DNA from: Spironucleus salmonicida
Lineage: Eukaryota
Reading direction: 5' to 3'
NCBI RefSeq assembly: GCF_000497125.1
Contig: NC_090598.1
Location: forward strand, 1,550,001-1,614,000
DNA length: 64,000 nt
Shown here: one piece after another, positions 27,179 to 39,897 of the stretch
How the letters are laid out: every line of letters starts with the position of its first letter
Numbering within the stretch: position 1 is the first letter of the stretch
Translations under genes and position numbers: made by a program
The notes under the pieces: generated by a model
The model's database searches: none
What the model saw: only the letters and a program-made list of their open reading frames with translations
Told to the model about the DNA's origin: nothing

Positions 27179-28837
27179 TCACTATATTTCACTTTTTCGT
27201 GATTACAAATATTATTCAAACTATGCGTATTTTTGACTAATATCATCACATAAAAATTAAAATTATTCTTTGAGATCTGGGCTTAAATATTCTTTAAGTT
27301 TAATGCAATAAGTAATATAAATATTGAATTAACCACTTTCTTATAATTGTGCATTCGTAATTTATATCTCTAATATTTTTTACATGAGTGTATTCACTAT
27401 AGATATGAGATCAGATAATGAAATTAGGAGATATTCTATTAAATTTGGTATAGCCTATAAGAGTTCTGAAAACAACTAATTGCTAAGTTTATTAATCAAC
27501 ATTTCTTAAATTTATGCTTTAAATAAGTAGTTAAAACTATTTTATGATTTTTCGAAATCTTTACACTTAGTTTGCTTTGTTATTTAAATAAGAGGTAAAT
27601 TATTAACAGTAAGTAACTATAAAAATTAAATTCCCTTCAAATTTAACCTATAAAAATTATCCTGAAAATATTATGATAAAGAAAAAATTATTTATATCTA
27701 AGTATAACCATTAGAAATAAACTTATTAACAAGAACATATAATAGCATTTACAGTTCTAATACATTAATTGACTATAGTATATAATCAATAAGATTAGAC
27801 TAAAGTGCTTAAAATCTTATTTAATCAAATTTTACTGTATTTTTCTTAATTTATAATAATATAACTTCATTATCATCATAATACACTAAAAGCTAATCTA
27901 GATCATAAAAATGATCAACAATTATATCATCTTGTAAACCTTTTAATTTAATCTTTGGAAAATTTTAACACTTAATAATAACATCAGTGACAAGTCTTTT
28001 TAATAAAACTGTTTATTATTTTTTTATTTTTTATTTTTTAACATCGATCATATCAAAGTATTGTAGCGAAAATTCTTCTTGATACTTCGTCATAGTACGC
28101 TTCAGACCATAATATTTCGATACTTGACTAGAGCTCTATTATAATTATATTGTCTTTCCAAATCTTTAAATTTCTGAGTTAATTTTAGAAGATTAATTTT
28201 TGAAATTTCTGTAAAATACCACTAATTCCTCTTATGAACTCTCAATATCTTATACATTTTATTTATTTACTGGGTATTTGTAGTTAAAGCCAAATAAATA
28301 TTTCAAAAATATTTAATTACACGCTATAACTGTATCACAAACTTCCTAAACATCTGATTTAATACAAAAACGATCTACTTCTGATGATAGTTATTATACA
28401 TATGTCTCTAAAAAACTATTCATTGCTTCAAATACAAATTCGAAGCACTCATTGTTAATAATAAGACCTTATGCATATAATGTGAAAATTTTCTGTATCA
28501 ATCTTTAAATCTTTACCATATTATCCCATTCTTCTAATTATAGCTCTTTAATAAATTCTAAATCAAAATCAATACAATGTTCTGAACATTTTTAAAATGT
28601 ATATAGAAAATTCTTGGAAAACCAATTATCAATAAACATCTTGGATACTTAAAATGCAACATCATATAGATCCTCTTTATTTGGGAATTATGCATTCTTC
28701 TTACCATCTAAAATATATTTAATTTAATTAACAGTATTTGGACCAGCTCTATCATAATTTGGAAAATTCTAATAGATTTTAAGCAAAGCATTTCGCTGTG
28801 CATACGCCATATCTGGATCAATTTATGCTATATTCAT
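27179..28837 (-). CDS. Hypothetical protein (552 aa)
   Basis: Code-6 ORF; TAG-TGA stop. Confidence 0.7.
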
Positions 28838-28889
28838 TAAGAAAAGAAAATAAAAGTTACATATATTATTAAATATAAAATGAACTGAC

Positions 28890-30809
28890 TCATTTGTACT
28901 GATCATATACCTTAATATATTCTTTAATCATTATGCTCCAATCAACCACTATAGAATTTCTGCTCATTCTGTTTCTCAACGCAATTCTCTAATGAACGCT
29001 CATTTTTAAATAATCCAACATCATTTCGTGTAATTATAAGACAGTATCCCAGTATGGTTTATAGATTCTATCGACAACTTAAACACCATATTTATTTGAC
29101 ATCCAGGAATTGTTTTCATTCTCCTGCGTTGGATACTAAGCCCCTTATTCTTCAATATAGTTACCAAAACCACACATGTTGGAAACGACACTAGCAGTAC
29201 CGACGCACATACACTCAGGAGACGTATAACCGAATGGTTCATAAAGAGATGCGAAAACGCCCAAATGAGCACCTCTAGTGAAATCAGAGTAATCAAGGCC
29301 AAAAATAGAAGTTTTAGACAAAAACTCAGGAACCCATACCATTTTGCAGCGGTCGCTAAAGTTGTTTGTTAAATGCAGTTCTCTCAAACGGCACAGCAAA
29401 TCGGAGTTCTAATCTGCTAACTTATGAGTCGTAACTGGAGACTGATTTGCAGATTTCTACATTGACTGATGGAAGCGCTTTAATAGCATTAAATCATCAG
29501 AACCGCAGAGCTGGTTAAGAGACAGCTCTGAGAAATCGCTATCTAAACATTCGCAAAGTTTGTTTCCTAGAGATTCTGTGATATTTTCAGATATCTTTCC
29601 AACTGATGACTATATTTCCTTCATCAAGTTAGTAACAAACAGGCTATGTTCTGTAAAACCATTGTTAGGGGCAGGTGCTATGATAATACCAACAACAAAT
29701 TTGTTCGCTAATTCTGGGTGAGAATCGCGATACTACTAAGATGTAAGCTTCTTATTTACCTCATATAATGCATCAATGAAAAGATCATATCCTTTATTTT
29801 TGTATTCATATCTACCAGCACTAAAGAATACGAAAGTGTTATCAATATCAATACCGTAAAAGTGGGATTTTACGAATTCCAAAATTTTGTCTCTTTCGAT
29901 TTTATGTTTAAAATTGAGTTCGTGGTCGTCAATAAGCCCCTTCTATGAATCAACGTGCAAACCGTTCCAGGTAACTGCGTCAACCTTTCTTCCCAAAAAT
30001 GCTTCGCACTCAACACTTGTAATTGTGCTCACTGTTGTAAACTAGTCTGCTAAATTAGCGCATGCGCGTTCAATTCTATGTTCAAATTCAACGCTTCTCT
30101 TACATGCCTCTGCATCCCAAACTCCAGCGTCGGTCTATTTGAAGCACTAGTTGAGGTCGGCATCACCAGCACTCAAATGCCTTCCCAGCGTAGTTGCATG
30201 AGTTGTGAATATGAACTTAACCCTATCGAAATCCTCAGGACTCTTCTGCCTGAAATACTTCTATGCTGGGCCCAGTTTTTTGTACGCAAATAGACCTACG
30301 CCAGCCAACCATTCATGTGTCTGTACAATTATAGTTTCGTGGTTTTTTGCATATTCTACTAAGAAAAACGAGTAAAATGCCCATTACATCGCGCCAAAAG
30401 TTATCGCATTAAGTTTGAAATCCTCAGGATGTTGATGTGGTTATTCTGACAAATTGGATTCCTCCCACAGAAGTGTTTTCACAACATTAACAAGTTTCCC
30501 ACCAATGAGTGGGAGTAAAAAACATTAAGGACCGCCTGGAATAAGCCATTAGCCATATCTAACAGAGTTGAGTGGTAGCTCGAAAGAGCGTTCAAAATTG
30601 CTTAAAAAGTCGTCCCAGAACGAATTTGGTGTTCTTTTATCCTCAAAATTTGTGGCATACTTATCATCGCCAATAACATTCATACCGATCATAAAGAAAT
30701 GGTCGCCATATTTTTTAACAAGCTCAGGTGCTTTGGAACGAACAACTGTTTCCACACCTCCAACTTTATGAATAACCTCATAAGAAGCTTCTAAAATAAA
30801 CTGAGACAT
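28890..30809 (-). CDS. GSY: Glycogen synthase, eukaryotic GT3 family (639 aa)
   Basis: EASYEVIHKVGG, THEWLAG, FTTHATTLGR, AGRYEYKNKG, GVFASLYEPFGYTSPEC. Confidence 0.95.
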
Positions 30810-30913
30810 GATTTGTGGAGGGGTCAACAAATTTATTCATATATTATATATTAATTAGTTATAATTAGTTCTATTAGTTACTACTTCAAAAAGTCTGAAA
30901 TAAATACAAATTA

Positions 30914-31906
30914 TCACTTAATTTTATTAGAATTTAAGATTTATAATAGTAAATCAGACATAACTGATAATTTTTAGTTTATTTCTTAGAGGAGTAAGAT
31001 ATTATCTGACCCAGTAGCCTTATTTTCTGATTCTGAAAAAGTAAAACTAGACGACATTTCTACTCCTACTAAGCTAGATAATGTTTCATTAGTTAAATTA
31101 CCTGTTTTTGAAAAATCAATTTTATTCTTTGAAGTCGGTAATACCAATTCATTCTTGTTGTTATTAGAATAATTAAACGACTAACTGAACAGTTTCTTTT
31201 TAATATTAGATGTAAAGGACTGGAATTGCTATCTTAAAGAAATATGAAATAAATGAATATCAAAATTAGTATTGGTTTATTTCGCCACACACCAACCAAA
31301 ATTATGTGGTTGTATAACTAAATTTTAATATGAAAACTGACATTTAGTAATTAAATTTGTTATAGTACTTGATGATAAATGCAGCATAGAATCTAATAAG
31401 ATTGTATCTCTCACATTTGTAACTAAATGTTTACTAAAATTAAATGATTGATAAATTAACTAAAATATGTGTAGGCTTGATATTAAAAAAACTTTATCTA
31501 ACAATGAATATATACTATTTTAACAATTTTATTCTAACTCTAAATCTTACTAATATGCAAAGTTAATACCGGTAAATACATACAAATAACCATTATGTTA
31601 CTCAATTCCATATAATGATCCCTAAAAACCAAAACATAATAATTAGAGCACATTTTTGCAATAAATTGTACTTTAATTACCTTCCAATTTATAAATATTA
31701 CTTTCATATTAACAAAACCAAGAAGTAGCACAATAAAAACACTTGAATTTACTACTTAGCTATGTCTTCTAAATTTTAATATCACTAATTTTAATATCGA
31801 CAATATTATAATCTTTGTCAAACTCAATACCCTTACCATCATTAAAACAGTACTACTTCCCATTTTATGAATAATAAAATGTCATATCATCTAAATCAAC
31901 TTTCAT
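30914..31906 (-). CDS. Hypothetical protein (330 aa)
   Basis: Code-6 ORF; AAG-TGA stop. Confidence 0.7.
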
Positions 31907-31937
31907 TTTTATATACAAATAATTTGAGATGCAAATA

Positions 31938-33347
31938 TCACTATCTATAAAACTAGATAGTATTTTATTGCTTAATTTAATTTGTAGCAGCTCTAGTCAT
32001 TTCAATAGCTTGCATTCGTTATTGCAGATCTGGACTGGCTGCTAATTTTCTAGCTTGTGTAATAATTTCATAAGGTTTTTAATTTTTTATATTCAATTGC
32101 TTCTGATTTATAAGATATTCAATAAATATATCAGGGTCATCCTTAGGTATAAATTTTTCACCTTAGCTGGGCTTTGGTATTCTAAATGTTTATTTAACAG
32201 GTGATGTTGGTCTTGATAAAGTTTAAATAAGTTAAAATTCACGTTTTCTTTCATACTATTCTCTATTTAATGTAGCTTAAAATTATCTTACTTCTATGTT
32301 AGCAGCATTTTCTTTCCGTTTTAATAATAATTGGTTTCTTTGCTGCGCAGCACTTTAAATCTTTTCAGCTTATTTAGAAATAGTCTCTGATTGGCGTTAT
32401 AATAGTTAATTCTATATATCAATATTTGCTTTTTCTTAAGTTCTACTTAATTTTTATTATTATTCATGGATTCTTGACTATTTTTCAAAATTAATTTTTT
32501 TTCTTTAAACTTCAGAATGCTATAGCTTTTCTTATTAAATTTATTAATAATAATCGCTTCTATCTTATATTGACTGACAGTACGTAGTGTGTCGTAACTA
32601 TTATTACAATGCACGATCATAATTCTCTTTTTATTTTAATCGTTCTTGACTTCTTTTATTTTATCTTAGAACTGCGGTTCTTTATTCTTTTTCAATATAT
32701 TATTTTTCAAACTCTTTGAGTTTTTCTTGTTATTATAATTAATAATTATTATAAGTTTATTAAAGTTTTATTGTATCGTTTTCTTATTTAACTAATAAGT
32801 GTCTCTATTTCTCTGTTAAGTTTTTTTCTATTATTTTTTGAGCCTATTATTAACCATTAAATGTTTGCTATAATTACTTTAAAGCTTTCTAGTTTTAATC
32901 TTGTATATGCTAGTCTTTCTTCTGCTAATATTACTAAAACATCTCTCTACTCAGTGTTAGACGCTATTTGCAATTAACAGTCTAGGTCACTACATTGGAA
33001 TCCAATTTAAATTGATTATATTAATAGTTTTCTTACTAAATATCCTTTTTGACACCATTTACTTTAACCGGACTTTAAGTTTACTTAATCTACTTCTATC
33101 TAGTATTATTAAAAATTACATATTTTTTTAAATTTTACGGTTTATTTAGCGCTTTCCATTCTAATTATGGTATACCATTTTCTATTATCGTTAATCGTTC
33201 TTTTTCAATTAACTATTTAATATTCTCTAATTCTATTTCTAACTTTTATTATAGTTCATATGTTGGTGCAAATTATTCAAAAAATTCTTAAACTACTCCT
33301 AAACGTTTCATAGCTAATTAATATCTTGGTGAATTTTAGCGTTTCAT
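31938..33347 (-). CDS. Q/E/K/R-rich coiled-coil protein (469 aa), possibly cytoskeletal or flagellar
   Basis: Code-6 ORF with long charged heptads; TAG-TGA stop. Confidence 0.75.
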
Positions 33348-33396
33348 TTGATAATTAATATTATTATTCTTATATAATATACTTAAGGCGTATCAA

Positions 33397-34317
33397 ATGA
33401 TTGCAACATATCAAGGTTTAATAAACTTGTAAGGAAATTACTTTCGAATACCACTAAATATTCTGTAGCATAGGAAAACTCAAGATTTATTAATTTTATA
33501 ATTGGATGATAATTATTTATATCTCTTAAATTTTGTCACTTTTAAAATAAATAAAACACGTTTTTCTAGTCTTTAAGCATCTTAATTAATCCCATAAAAA
33601 TTATTAGATAAATATTTTTAGACACTAGACCCTGAGATAGCATTCTAAATTTAAAAATATAAATAAAATCTTTTTGTATAAATGAATGAACTTATTTTAG
33701 AAAATAATTATTTCTTCCTCACTTAATTGAATGCTTCATTTAGTTATAATGATTTTGAATTTACTGATTATGTATTTAAATTAGATTATTAGCATGATTT
33801 AGTTTATAATTACGCTAATGATACATTTGTTTTAATTGCTGATAAGTTATTTAAATTATAACAATATAATATTGTTCTCTACCAAGATCATACTATAGAT
33901 ATTCAAATTATAAATAATAATTTTATTGTGTTTAAATAAAACGACTCAGCTTTTTTAGATTAAACTATAATCCACACGTATTAAGATTTTAAACTTTAAT
34001 TGGATAAAAATATATTATTATTTAATGATGGTATAAACTATTCGTTAACATAAGATGAGTTATTATACTTCAAATGTAACTTAATTTCTTCAAGAAATTT
34101 AAACTTATTTTTTATTTCAGCTGATACTTTTTTAAATCTATAAGGTGATGTTTTTGTTTTAGAATTAGGTTTTGCTGGAATTTTTACAACGTCATCTTTT
34201 AACGTTACCCTATCAAATAATATATTTGTTATAAACAAATAATTTTTTCATAATGTTTCAAATTTTGATTACAATAAAAATTATTTTGACTTATTATATA
34301 AGAAGATAAAATAGTGA
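33397..34317 (+). CDS. Hypothetical protein (306 aa)
   Basis: Code-6 ORF; TAG-TGA stop at 34315-34317. Confidence 0.7.
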
Positions 34318-34326
34318 TTTATAAAA

Positions 34327-36408
34327 TCATTTTATATACCGTAGTTTATTTTTCAAGATATGAATGTTCATTTAATTGCTAAACTACGAGTTAATATTAT
34401 GCAACGACTCAAGATTATTACTTATTGCTAACTAGCAGCCTAAAAATTAAACAAGATCGTCCTATAAATTAATATCCAATTAACTAATTTCTTTACCTAA
34501 AACATTTATATTAGAAAAATTAATAATATTCTTTGATAATAATTTACTGTCTTTCTAAATAGGTTCTATAAAATTAATTCTTTTATTACACTTAATATTA
34601 AGTTTCATATTATCGATACATATATTGTTTCTGTTTAATCCAAAATTGACCTATATCTAAAAACTAATAATTGTTTAAATTTAAACTTTTTTTGAAGATT
34701 ATTCTAACAAAATTTACAAATTCTATAACAAATTGTCTTAATTGCAATGTTATGAAAACTATTGAGTTTAAGTTGTCGAATTTTTTTTCACATTCAAGAA
34801 TAGTATAATTTTAGTAATATTTAGATTAGCAGAGTATTATATGATCTGTTATTAACAGTGATTAAACATTAGTTAATACTGATTCATATTAATTAAAGAA
34901 AATATAATTTTATTCGAAAAGACTGTTATTTATCGTATATTATCATCTGACTTTACAGGATCGAATTTAAATATTAGATCAAACCCACGTAAAGCTTAAA
35001 ATAATTTTTTTCCTTAACTTTCACCTATAATAGATTATATTCTTTATATCTATAATTATTAAATATCTTACAATTTAAATAAATTTTCATTTTTTAACTT
35101 CTATATTTCAATATTGGATAACAAAGGTATAAAATCTAAATTTTGACTAGATATTTTTGTATAAAATATATTTTATGCAATAAAATTTAAATGGGTAGAT
35201 GAAGATAACTTATTCGATAAGTATGATATCAATGGATTTGAACCTGCACCAATAGTGATAGAAATCGATAATTGTTTTTACAAATCTTATTAAATTTTTT
35301 ACATGTATGCATAAATAGACTATTCTGAAACAAATCCTGAAATATTAATAAAACATTCAAAGCAAGAATAAGGCATTACTTCAGCAGATATTTATCTAAT
35401 ATATTCATAAAAACAATTAGATATTAAACTATATCTTTGATTATTATAGGATATAATCTAAAGATTAATCTAAACTTATAATTTTTTCAAGGACTAAATA
35501 TGTTATCCAATCTAAATTTAATATTTTGCAGCAATCTAGTTAAAATATAATATCTTTTCATTCTCTATAACAACTATTGGAAAGCCAGAATATTTTTCAA
35601 GATTATCAAATATTAGGGATGAAATATAAAAATTATCAATTGATATAAAAATATAGAACTAAGAAACACCTTTGCTAGGCTATTATCCATAAGGTCTATT
35701 GTAAATAAGGTACTAAACCGCATTTAATTTTTATTTGTATTCTAAATTGTCCTATTCAATGAGCTAAAATTAGGGTAATAACTACTAATTACTTATACTA
35801 ACAATATTAGGTGACAAAGACAGTTATTTAACAGGTGAATATAAAGCAGATTATTAAGAAAGCTATAAATATTATATTTAAGTTTACACTAAGTCAGGTT
35901 AAGATTAAATAGATTTTATATCTACAACTTCTGGTATGGATATGAGCGTGTCTAAGGTTTAGTCTATGTCTATTTAAAAAGGCTTACATAATATTTCATA
36001 ATTATAATTATAATCATATTAAAATTGAATAGTATTATGTTAATATCTAAACTTCTATAAGTCTAAAATTTCGTGACTGTTTATTGATTCCAATATCCAT
36101 CCCGGTAATAATATAGGATACTTTGTTCCATATTTTTAAAATGTGCTAGACGATAAATTTTACGCAATTATATGAGTTATTTTTGGACTAAATTAGAATA
36201 CAATCAATCCACTATGCAAACCAATTATTTAACGGAGATATGTAGTCGGTGGATCTAGCCTGCCATTCAGCCAAAATAGAAATCCAGTAAATAAATTAGA
36301 AATTTTATGTTATTATAATTATTAATCTTGTTTATTTTATTTCTTTTTTCTGTAGTCTTTATAATTAGATCCTAGAGGATCTAATTACTCAGATCTAATT
36401 CTATACAT
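34327..36408 (-). CDS. REV1: REV1-like Y-family polymerase with BRCT domain and degenerate active site (693 aa)
   Basis: BRCT LFTGFLFWLNGRLDP...ITHIIAQNL...PGWILES; Y-family core FISIDNFYIS, PYSCFEC, ITIGAGSNPLIS, LRGFD; CTD-like tail. Confidence 0.85.
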
Positions 36409-36454
36409 TAAATTTTTATTACTTTAATTATATATAAGTATCATTATTATATAA

Positions 36455-37972
36455 ATGAGTCTTAAAGCTTAAATTTTGTAGTAGCTTAATTTTATGTAAA
36501 TTAGGATCACCCCTGATGGTAAATAACTACTGGAGAAGATACTTATTGATATTGTCGATCCAATCTAGTATATAAAATAAATTTTTTCTATAGCATCAGC
36601 AGATATATTAGATGCTAAATAAATTTAATTACTAATTCTTTAAAATTAGCCATCTTCTGCGTTTAATATTTAATCTTATTCCGTGTTTCAAACAATGTTC
36701 TTAATATAAACCATTTAACATTATAATGGTACTTTTACCTATCGCTAAAAATAAAAATTTGATAATAATCTTAAATTTTATTATTAAATGTATAGCAATG
36801 TTACTAGCTTTGAGGATAAATTTTTAAGTCTACTTGCATCCTAATATGGCATTACGAATTAGAGTTGTACAAAATCCCATTAGTATAAATAAATTATTCA
36901 AGCCTTATTTCATCTTCAATCATTATCATATAGTGTTAATAATCCAGACTAATTAATTGGAACCATTTGTATATTATAGGGATAGTATTTAACTGATAGC
37001 TAGACATCTATTTTATTTAACTTATAGCAAAATATTTTTACGTCTCTTTCATACATATATACTGATTCAATAGTTTTAGTTTTAGGAACTTATTAAAATA
37101 ATATCTTTAATATTATTGGTATCGCACCACCAGTGTATGATACAAAATTTATTCATAAAGTTTAATATGTAAATCCAAAGATAGCTATACCAAGCCAAGC
37201 AAAACCTTATTTTTTAATTCTAAAGACCGTCACTTCATATCTCGCGTTCAGTCGGTTCAAAGCATTGCTGCAGTAGCTACCAGTGTCCCCTTCTCATATT
37301 TTCGTGTTCAACTGGTCTTTTGCGAGTCACGGCGATTTTACGCTGCCTCCCAATGTTGCGCGAGCACTGACCTCGGCTAACCTCTTGCAGGAGGTGGTGC
37401 GGATTCATCACCCTAACACAAGGCTCGTGTTGGGACCCATAGGCGATGTATGCGTTACCGATACTAGAGTATTTCCCCAGGTGCCCAACGATGAGCTGTA
37501 GGCTCTTTTCCCGTGCGATATCATACAGGATCCGACTGTCTTCAGCTATGGAAAGAGCCGTATTTTGATCCATGGTGTCCAGATCACGCAGCAGGTCAGA
37601 TGCAGCGCTCAAAATGAGCGGCTGGAATCCACTGTCAAGCTGGGCGCGTATGAGCAGGTTGATCAGGTTTCTGAATTCCCGGCTAACCAGACTGTTCACC
37701 CGGAGGACCGCAATATCATCGCTGAGTCGCTGCTGCAAACCATAATCGTACAACAGAATTGCACGCCGGCCCCTTCATCTAGCTTCCTGAAGCTCACGGA
37801 CTCTATGTGCAACTTTCACTTCGATACACTAATTTTGATCTAGGAGGACCTGCAGCAGTACAACTGCCAGATTCACGGCAAGCGGTGCGCCGTAGTCCCA
37901 GATTTTGGAAAGGGAGCGTACTGCACTGTGGCAGGCTGCCACGGCGTGAGTAGCATCGCGTTCTACGAGTGA
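36455..37972 (+). CDS. POLE2: DNA polymerase epsilon subunit B (Dpb2; 505 aa), full-length copy
   Basis: N-terminal helical domain, OB-fold (LIGTICILQGQYLTD...VLVLGTY...IGIAPP), phosphoesterase-like domain (IFVFNWSF, LVLGPIGD, FPQVP, QDPTVF, LLQTIIVQQNCTP); 3' half lies inside repeat copy 2. Confidence 0.85.
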
Positions 37973-39540
37973 CTGAACTTTTTTGGGGCATACATCAGCC
38001 GGGAACGCCGTTTGAAAATTCACATCACTAGGGGTCTAAGAATAGGAAATATAACCTCACTGGCCGTGGCCAAACTTGCTTCCCAGCAGCTTGACTCCCT
38101 TCTTGGCGCTCTCCTTCCCGGCAAGCTTCGGCATCAATCTTGCCAGGATCAGCTCAATGAAGCCAAACTTGCTGCCGAACCCGCGCACCTTCAGGGCTAT
38201 AACGAACTCGCAGTACCTTGAGTCTGTCTCTGTAATCGCAGAGTTCTGGATCTTCTCCATGAGCACGGCCGAATCCTCCCAGGCCGTTCTAATTTCCAGC
38301 AAGGTTGTGTTGTACTGATCGAGTACCCCAAAATCTCCCTACTCTAGGGCATTGGCGACACTGTCGTTGAACTTTGTGATCTTCTGGTCACGCGAATCGC
38401 AGATGAACTGCCGCACGGCCTCCTTCAACTGTTACTGTAGCGACTCCAGCGCCTTCGGAAGAGTGGGAAGCAGCATATCCGCAAGTTCAATATTGCCCTG
38501 GATGGTCTATATTGGAAGGCTGACCCAGCTCTCGGGGTCTTTGAACTCGAACTCTGTCACGGACGGCCGCATGTCAATCTAGCGCGACACAATAATCCGA
38601 GAGTTGTCAAACACCAGAATCAGTTTGGTCAAGAAAGGCGATATGAGACTGTACTGTATTGTCGAAACAGGGTCTATCAGTACCTAGGAGCCATCGTTGA
38701 CGAGCAGCACATAATACTCATTAACAAGCACCTGGGTGCAGAGACGCGCTACGAACGCCTGGTAGCCGCAACCACTGAGCAGTGCCTGGAGCAACATGGC
38801 GTGCTCGAAATAGTCTCCGCCGCACACGCTGAACACCTGGTCCAGGCTCATCCGAGTCTCCAGCTGGAAACTGCCTAGTTACTGTTCGGTGTAGTACCGG
38901 ACTAGCGTATCCGGTATGAATGGCACGCTAGCCGCAAAGGCTATACAGTCGTCGATTTTCTTAATACTAAACTATAGTATCAGCTTCTACGTCTGTATCT
39001 CCGAGGGAAGGAGCTAATTTATGAACACCTGGTCACCTTTCACGTTGTTCACGAACAAGGTAATACCCCGCTGCTCGTAGGACTACCTGATAGAATACTT
39101 TTTGAGGTACGCTCTTTTCTGCCGAGTGGTCATCTGCTGCATCCGCTCCTGTTCGTTGATACTCGATTCTGCGCTTAGCTACCCAGTTCGTGTCTAGATC
39201 TGCTCAATTCTCTGCATTTTTTGTCCAAACTCTGAGGGGAGCTACCCTGTATACTAGCTACTATCAAGGTTGCAGAAATAAACATCCCCCTTCTTGCTTT
39301 CCTACTACTGCGAAACAGGGGTGCGAGGTGGATCAAAGGTGAGAATTATTTGGATAGATGCTGTCTGCAGGTAGATTTCTCCTTCCACCGATTATTTTAA
39401 AAACAAGCTACGGAGAGGTATCGTCACTTGCGATTCTGCGATATATGAGTTATCGTTGGGGTTGTGCTCATAGAGGATAAGCTTGACAGCATATGGGAAC
39501 GATGCGATAGCTTCATCTGATGCATCATATCCTAAAAACT
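37205..39540. repeat. 2,336-bp GC-rich direct repeat, copy 2 (3' end of intact POLE2 plus CC2D2A 3' fragment)
   Basis: Matches 14984-17319; flanks diverge immediately on both sides. Confidence 0.97.
38057..39540 (-). pseudogene. CC2D2A: 5'-truncated CC2D2A-like fragment
   Basis: Frame open within the repeat, but beyond 39540 it reaches a TGA (about 39683) with no in-frame ATG and no similarity to 17320 onward. Confidence 0.75.
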
Positions 39541-39897
39541 ATTTTTAAGGTTTTGTTAATTTTACGATATTAGTAAAATTTTAATATTATGATTAAATAC
39601 ATTAGCTTTTAATATTAGTGTTTTCAATTATATCTTAAATTATATGATGTATTAGGAAAATAGAGGAAGTATTGTAGAAAAATCAATAAAATTTGAAATA
39701 ATATCATTACTTCGTTATAACTACTAGCAGTAGATATATATAGTTACCTTTCAGTAAAATATTTATATATTATTTAATCAGTTATAATTATATAAACAAT
39801 AAATATAAAGTGAAATGCCACAATAATAATTTAGGATTTTAATAAAGTGATAAATATACTTAATCTAATTGAATTCTTAGTATGATAACGTATTACA

